Source: an uncultured Methanoregulaceae archaeon (GTDB lineage: Archaea; Halobacteriota; Methanomicrobia; Methanomicrobiales; Methanospirillaceae). Taken from it: 64,000 nucleotides of DNA. The translations under genes and the position numbers were made by a program. Location: positions 1,568,001 through 1,632,000 of the forward strand of contig OY970061.1 of assembly GCA_963705255.1 (NCBI GenBank), read 5' to 3'. Each line of letters opens with the position of its first letter. The stretch's first letter is position 1. Positions 54,681-64,000 of this stretch are shown piece after piece. The notes under the pieces were generated by a model that did not search any database, was not told the origin of the DNA, and saw only the letters and a program-made list of their open reading frames with translations.

Positions 54681-54752
54681 AGCCAAGGTCCGGATTTGAA
54701 CCGGAGTGTAGTTGATCTGCAGTCAACCGCGTGGCCGCTCCGCCACCTTGGC
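54681..54752 (-). tRNA. tRNA-Cys(GCA)
   Basis: GCCAAGGTGGCGGAGCGG...GACTGCAGATC...GGTTCAAATCC GGACCTTGGCT. Confidence 0.95.
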
Positions 54753-54834
54753 GACCGTGTAGGATGATACCCTATCCTCTATGTCAGGATACGATATAAG
54801 GTTTGCACTCAGAATTTCGTCTGGGTTTAACGTG

Positions 54835-57748
<2,914 letters not shown>

Positions 57749-57870
57749 TATACTAATGCTCCGCTAAACCCATTTAACGTCCTGAGTGCACCTTTACACG
57801 ACCTCGCAAAGTCATTGGTTTGACTCTCAGCCCTTCCCTCGTGATTCGCATCCCGAGGTGCATCTAAACC

Positions 57871-57922
57871 GGCCCACCGGGATTCGAACCCGTCCTCGTT
57901 CACCCCAGGAGGTGATTGAGCC
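57871..57922 (-). ncRNA. tRNA-like remnant in the 16S-23S spacer (no anticodon arm)
   Basis: GGCTCA/TGGGCC acceptor-like stem, CGGG-TTCGAAT-CCCG T-arm, short ACCTC-CTG-GGGT hairpin; position where tRNA-Ala normally lies. Confidence 0.6.
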
Positions 57923-57992
57923 TTTTTCATGTCGACACCGGCAATTTTACAGTTTGTCCAGTAACCGCTTTTAACCCGAAATCAAATTCGTT

Positions 57993-59460
<1,468 letters not shown>

Positions 59461-59653
59461 TCTACAAATATACGCACACTATCTGAACTGTTTCGAGGAA
59501 TTAGCGGTTACTAAACAAATTTCCGCATTGCCAGTATCAACGTCAGAACCAACACCGGTCATGCCGGGTATCGTTGGATCTCCATCAAAGAGAATTTGTG
59601 TTACGCTTCGTCGTGTTGTTTGATTGAACACGGGCTCATAATGTATGTCTCAA

Positions 59654-59818
59654 GGATATTTATACCTTGTGACCCGAGCCATCTCCCGTCGGAACCAATG
59701 CCGTGAAAACCGGCCTACTTGGTCCTTCACTGTGGGTGCCTTATTGGGTGAACTGCGTCGTGATTTTTCACGCGTTCACGGGCTTACAATGTAGGTTAGA
59801 GGATTATTTATACCTTGT
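59654..59818 (-). promoter_or_regulatory. Tandem rRNA operon promoters
   Basis: Repeated ACAAGGTATAAATA BRE/TATA on the minus strand at ~59654-59670 and ~59801-59818. Confidence 0.7.
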
Positions 59819-60401
59819 TGCCTATCTTGTATTTTCCGTCGGAGCCGACACCGGTCCCTTGCGGGGCGGTCTTCGCCGGTTCGTCATCAGGTTTTGCAGG
59901 ACATATTATAGGAGAGCCGGACACTTAAACATTCTCTCTGGCGTCCCGCCGGTATTGCCTGCCGGATCTATCGCCCCGGAAATATACCCGGGCCGGATAG
60001 AGCAGGAATGACTCCTGAACTTTTCTTTTGGGGCGATTTTGGGATTTCCCGGAAATTTTTCTTCTTGTACCGGTCGGCTCGGCTGAAGTTCCCGGAAATG
60101 GCTGGTTATCCGGAAAAGTGCGGGGAGCGCGGCACGACCTAATGGTCACTTCTGATGGAACGCGCGAAAGGTTGGTGATTGTGTGCGGGTACCTTGCCGC
60201 AATCGCGTATGCAGGTTGGATATCTTACATCATCTACTATAATACGTCCTTATGAGACAGAATTGACATATCAATAAAAGCACTTATCGCGGAATAGACA
60301 TACACTATGCGGAAATCCTATCTCAAAGCAAGAGGTCCAAATGACAGCGCAACGACCTCCCAAGAATGTTTTTGTACTTTTTCAAAAACACAACTTCAAA
60401 A

Positions 60402-61780
60402 TTAAACCAAATTGATATTTGGTGCGATGTCTGAAGGTATCAGATTATATTCCCGCTGCCAATCAGATATGAGTCCATTTATAAGACCATCCATTTCATT
60501 CATTGTTTTAATTAGAGCATCCTTGTCTCTTTGATATTCATCCATATCCTCTTTAAAAGATAGTTCGATTAATTTTGATCTCAATTGGTCTCTATTCATT
60601 TTATAAAATGGAAAATTCTGATATCGGTAGGCTTTTTTTGCATCTGCAATTGCAAAAGCGAATACCATTTCATAACCCACTTCATTTGTAATGCAATCAC
60701 CAGAACTAATCAAAGTGTTGCAGAACGATTTAAATTCTGACCATATGTTACTCCTTTTTTGGATTATATTTTTAAGATTTTTCTCGATGAGATTTGAGGA
60801 TTTTTCGAATTCCTCACTTAATTGTTCGATTTTAGTTAGGTATTTATTTAAGACCTTATCGGGATTATGAATTCGTCTTTTCAACAATAAGTCCGGTGAA
60901 AAAAATATATTTATTTTCTGATGGACAGGTAATTTTTCATTATCAGACAATTTTTGGAGAATATAACCACTTTGAAGCAACTTATCAGTATCTTTGTTCA
61001 TTTCCTTAATCGGCGAAAATATTGTAACCGCCATATTGGCATAGACACGGCTTTGGCGTTCTTTTTCATTTAAATCCACTAATTTCTGGTTGTTGATTGT
61101 GGAAAAAACAGTCATTATTAACAAACGTATTGTCAAAAACGGAGCCGCCCAAGCAGGATCCCAATATGCAATTACAGAAAACAATGCTACAAGAATGCTT
61201 CCAACTATTAAATAACACATTCTTTCGAGTAAAATTTCAGCTTTTATAATTTTCCAACCAACGTAGATGAGAAATGCAAAAATTATAATTAAGCCAAAAC
61301 CACGAAGCCACACATTTGGGATCTTTTTTAAAATATCAGCATTTTGATTAGCATTTTCATTTTGGTTTTGTATTATCGATTCGTTAACACAATTTTGTTG
61401 ATTGTACTTATTTTCAGTTGATGCAATATTCGTATAATTATTTGTGTAATATGTGTTTTCGATATGAATTGTTTGTTAATTACAATATTTGGTTGAGATG
61501 TTGTTTTTTCAATTACAGTATTTTGATTACTAAAAGGAAGAAGAGCAGCAGAGAATAAGAAATAAAATAGTAAAAATGCTATTATTATCCCCAAGGCGAT
61601 CGTCGGAACGATTGCTTTTTTGCAGAGCTCTTGTGCACTCGGTTCTTTTTTCTCTTCTTTATTTTTCTGTTTAATGTACTCATACCAAGCTGAAACAACC
61701 CATCCGCCAAACGTACCCATAATTATCCCAACCGCCAATGAACCGAAAAAGAGCAATCCATCTTCTGGGGAAATGGACAT
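60402..61780 (-). CDS. Low-GC membrane protein, probably one gene with a frameshift at ~61474
   Basis: Frame of ORF 60402-61313 is open upstream to 61475 (QTIHIENTYYTNNY...), overlapping ORF 61373-61780; one missing A joins them. Confidence 0.6.
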
Positions 61781-61972
61781 GTAATGAATATTCTTCGAAC
61801 TGGATGTAAATATATTGTCTTATATTTTTAAGATACTAAAAATCAGAATTGCCATTCCTGCATCAGCAAATGGTGGGTGAACAAGTAAAGACATTCCTAA
61901 ACCAGCAGAGTTGATCAAAGTGGTCTTTTAATTAAATCCACAATTTTCCAAATGAGGGGTCACCTCCCACTA

Positions 61973-62271
61973 CATGTTTACCCCATCCGACCCCCCCTCC
62001 CCAATATAGCCATCCTGATGGCGGGTGCCGTGAATAATTAGCGTCTATAAATTGCAGTAAATCACCGGCAAAATACATGCCGGAAATGCGTAAGGTCTAG
62101 GGGGGTCGGATGGGGTACTCATGCATTGAAACACCCCCTGCCGTACGCGAACACGCTGCCACGCAATCCGGAACAGACCAACTCAAACAACGGAATCCCG
62201 GGCAGGCTGGGCAGGGCCGAGTCGCCAGAATCTCCGGCCGACAGGATCATTTTTACCCCATCCGACCCCCC
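61973..62271. repeat. Three copies of the 18-bp motif TACCCCATCCGACCCCCC (direct, inverted, direct)
   Basis: 61979-61996 (+), 62100-62117 (-), 62254-62271 (+); each preceded by CAT-N3. Confidence 0.9.
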
Positions 62272-62397
62272 GCAACCAACCACCAAGGATTTATCGGACC
62301 CCCGCACATTCTCCTTGATCAGAACCGTACACCAGCCCACCCATGCGGCAGAATGCCCGGTCGCTGTTGGAGCTGCAGTCATGCAGATGGGTATGCT

Positions 62398-62901
62398 ATG
62401 GGATATTTCAAGCCGAAACCCGGAACAAAAAGTGCTGTCCGCTACCTGAAAACCCCATTCCCCGACCTGATGGCGTTTGATGCCGTCGTCCAGTCGCTCG
62501 TCATGAATAACCCGCTCGGGTGCATTTCCTACATGAGCGCGGGAAAGAACCATCCCCCGATCGAGAAGGCCAGGGAAATGTATACCGCGAAATTCGTGTA
62601 CCTGAATGCGGGAGGAAAACAGATCGGGCGCGGGCTGGACATGTATGACTCCATCGACGGTTACGAGACCGGTGTCGCCGCAGTCATCTCGAACATGGCG
62701 AACATCGCATCGCACCGCGGGAAGGTCCGGCACCTCCCTGGCGCAGACCTCTTCTCCGTCACCCTGAAGTGCCGCGACCCGGACGGCGAACTGTACTTCC
62801 TGAGCATCGCCCGCGACCGGGTTACGCTGTCATCCTATAGTGATGATGCGATCCGGAAGCGGGTCGAGAAGTGGGCGGACGGCGTGCCGGGGCTGGCGTA
62901 A
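62398..62901 (+). CDS. Conserved hypothetical protein (167 aa, unknown function)
   Basis: ATG 62398; KSAVR.L..P, NP.GC.SY, YTAK.VY, TLKC.DP.GELY, SY.DDAIR..VE.WAD. Confidence 0.8.
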   Translation: MGYFKPKPGTKSAVRYLKTPFPDLMAFDAVVQSLVMNNPLGCISYMSAGKNHPPIEKAREMYTAKFVYLNAGGKQIGRGLDMYDSIDGYETGVAAVISNMANIASHRGKVRHLPGADLFSVTLKCRDPDGELYFLSIARDRVTLSSYSDDAIRKRVEKWADGVPGLA

Positions 62902-62928
62902 GAGGATAATCTAAAAGTCAACGAGGAT

Positions 62929-63204
62929 TCAGAAGTCCCGGTAGGAGTGTTTCCGATGTTCGACTTCCAGGACATGAATGATCAGGACATCGTCATGGAT
63001 GGACAGGAGGGCACGCACCTCCCGCATGACCCTGAAGGAGTACACCGGGTGTTTCGGGTTGGATGCCTTTAGTTTTTTCACGTAAAGATATGGGGCGTCA
63101 GAGATTTCGTCGATTGTACGGATGGTCTTTTGGGCAACTTCCCGCGGGAGTTTGCGAAGATCCTGACGTGCACGGCGAGTGTACCTGACCAGATACACGC
63201 TCAT
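62929..63204 (-). CDS. RelE/ParE-family type II toxin
   Basis: YTRRARQDLRKL, VKKLK, YSFRV, VLEVEHRKHSY. Confidence 0.88.
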   Translation of the reverse strand: MSVYLVRYTRRARQDLRKLPREVAQKTIRTIDEISDAPYLYVKKLKASNPKHPVYSFRVMREVRALLSIHDDVLIIHVLEVEHRKHSYRDF

Positions 63205-63437
63205 TCAACACCGAATTCGGCCTTGATATCTTCTTCAGAGATGAGGTTCCCTTTTTTAATGTCTTCAAGGGCTTCTTCCAGCCCTTGGATCGCTTCCTCG
63301 CTGAGCGGCTCGTCATCGATTGCAACAGACACAAGCCGCTCGATGACATCGCTGTATGACTCTTTCGGATGTCGTTTAAGGTCATCCAGCTGGCCCTTGA
63401 GATCTTTCCGGATATAGATCGTGGTCGCTGCCTGCAT
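63201..63437 (-). CDS. Cognate antitoxin (RHH-like N-terminus, acidic C-terminus)
   Basis: TTIYI...L..LK.HPKESYSDVIERL, LSEE...LEEALEDIKKG; 4-nt overlap with the toxin. Confidence 0.85.
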   Translation of the reverse strand: MQAATTIYIRKDLKGQLDDLKRHPKESYSDVIERLVSVAIDDEPLSEEAIQGLEEALEDIKKGNLISEEDIKAEFGVE

Positions 63438-63614
63438 AGTAGTAACTCTATGCACCTATAGGTATTAAACCGGATGGTTCCTACAAATAACGGACGGAGG
63501 GAGACGTGGGCGCTGAAGTGCCATGATCTGAAGGGGTACTCTAGATCGGAATCCGTCCTTATTACCGGAGTACTACCTATAAAAAATCAAAAATCCTACG
63601 ATTTCGTATCGACC

Positions 63615-64000
63615 ATGATCATCCTTCGTCCCATTACTCCCGACGACATCGCCATCATCCGGGGATGACCTCCCTACCCACCGGAATTCCGGGACCTCGA
63701 TTATGCTCTCAGGGATGGTGGGTGGCTCGATGAGGTACTGGCAAAAGACCGGCGCGGATATCCTTGTCGCTGACGATAACGGGGAGATAGCCGGTTTTTC
63801 GATCATCGCGCGGGAACCCTGGGGGATTGCAGAGTTCCGGATCGCACTTCATCCGGCGAGACTCGGGCAGGGACTGGGAAGAACCATCACACGCCTTTCC
63901 CTAACCCATGGGTTTTCAGATCCGGCGACCACCACCATCCGGCTCATCGTAAGGAAGAATAACCCGCGTGCAGAAAGACTGTACGAACACCTGCATTTCC
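63615..64000 (+). pseudogene. GNAT-family acetyltransferase, disrupted as read (TGA at 63666, +1 frameshift at ~63735); runs off the window
   Basis: MIILRPITPDD...; downstream frame IAGFS, LHP.RLGQGLG, VRKNNPRAERLYEHLHF GNAT motifs A/B. Confidence 0.7.

Noticed and set aside
60300-63500. IS element or provirus
   Set aside because: No transposase, integrase or virion gene is recognisable, and no target-site duplication was found
63666-63668. Stop-codon recoding (TGA as Trp/Sec) in the GNAT gene
   Set aside because: TGA is used as a normal stop across the window; a single TGG>TGA error or mutation is simpler

Overview
Chromosomal window from a hydrogenotrophic methanogen, most likely Methanomicrobiales (Methanoregula/Methanolinea-like); the assignment rests on the archaeal 16S/23S, fwd/fdh, mfnA, dph2 and nre. 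1-19 kb is a molybdenum/tungsten-enzyme region: fwdA'C, a moeA-PBP fusion and two fdhAB operons that bracket a metal module (FmdE, Mo-storage-protein homolog, 67-aa protein, GntR-like wHTH, TupABC, MOT1). 19-54 kb is mostly housekeeping and accessory genes (lig, nre, msrA, MarR-ABC exporter, tRNA-Val, serA, ppsA-mfnA-hpt-dph2-METTL5, FIST/PAS kinase/receiver, SOR, EVE). 54-60 kb is a minus-strand rRNA operon (16S, tRNA-like remnant, 23S, tRNA-Cys, 5S). 60-64 kb is an AT-rich island with a triple 18-bp repeat, an uncharacterised gene and a RelE-type toxin-antitoxin pair. About ten genes carry single-base frameshifts. Most sit at GTAC sites, and the rRNAs show AGCT>AGTCT insertions, which points to methylation-driven read errors rather than true pseudogenes. 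Best novelty candidates: an unannotated ~265-nt highly structured RNA downstream of serA, the triple-repeat/unknown-gene/cargo locus at 60-63.5 kb, the Mo/W sorting island, a strict 32-bp phased palindrome array, and an anticodon-less tRNA mimic in the rRNA spacer.
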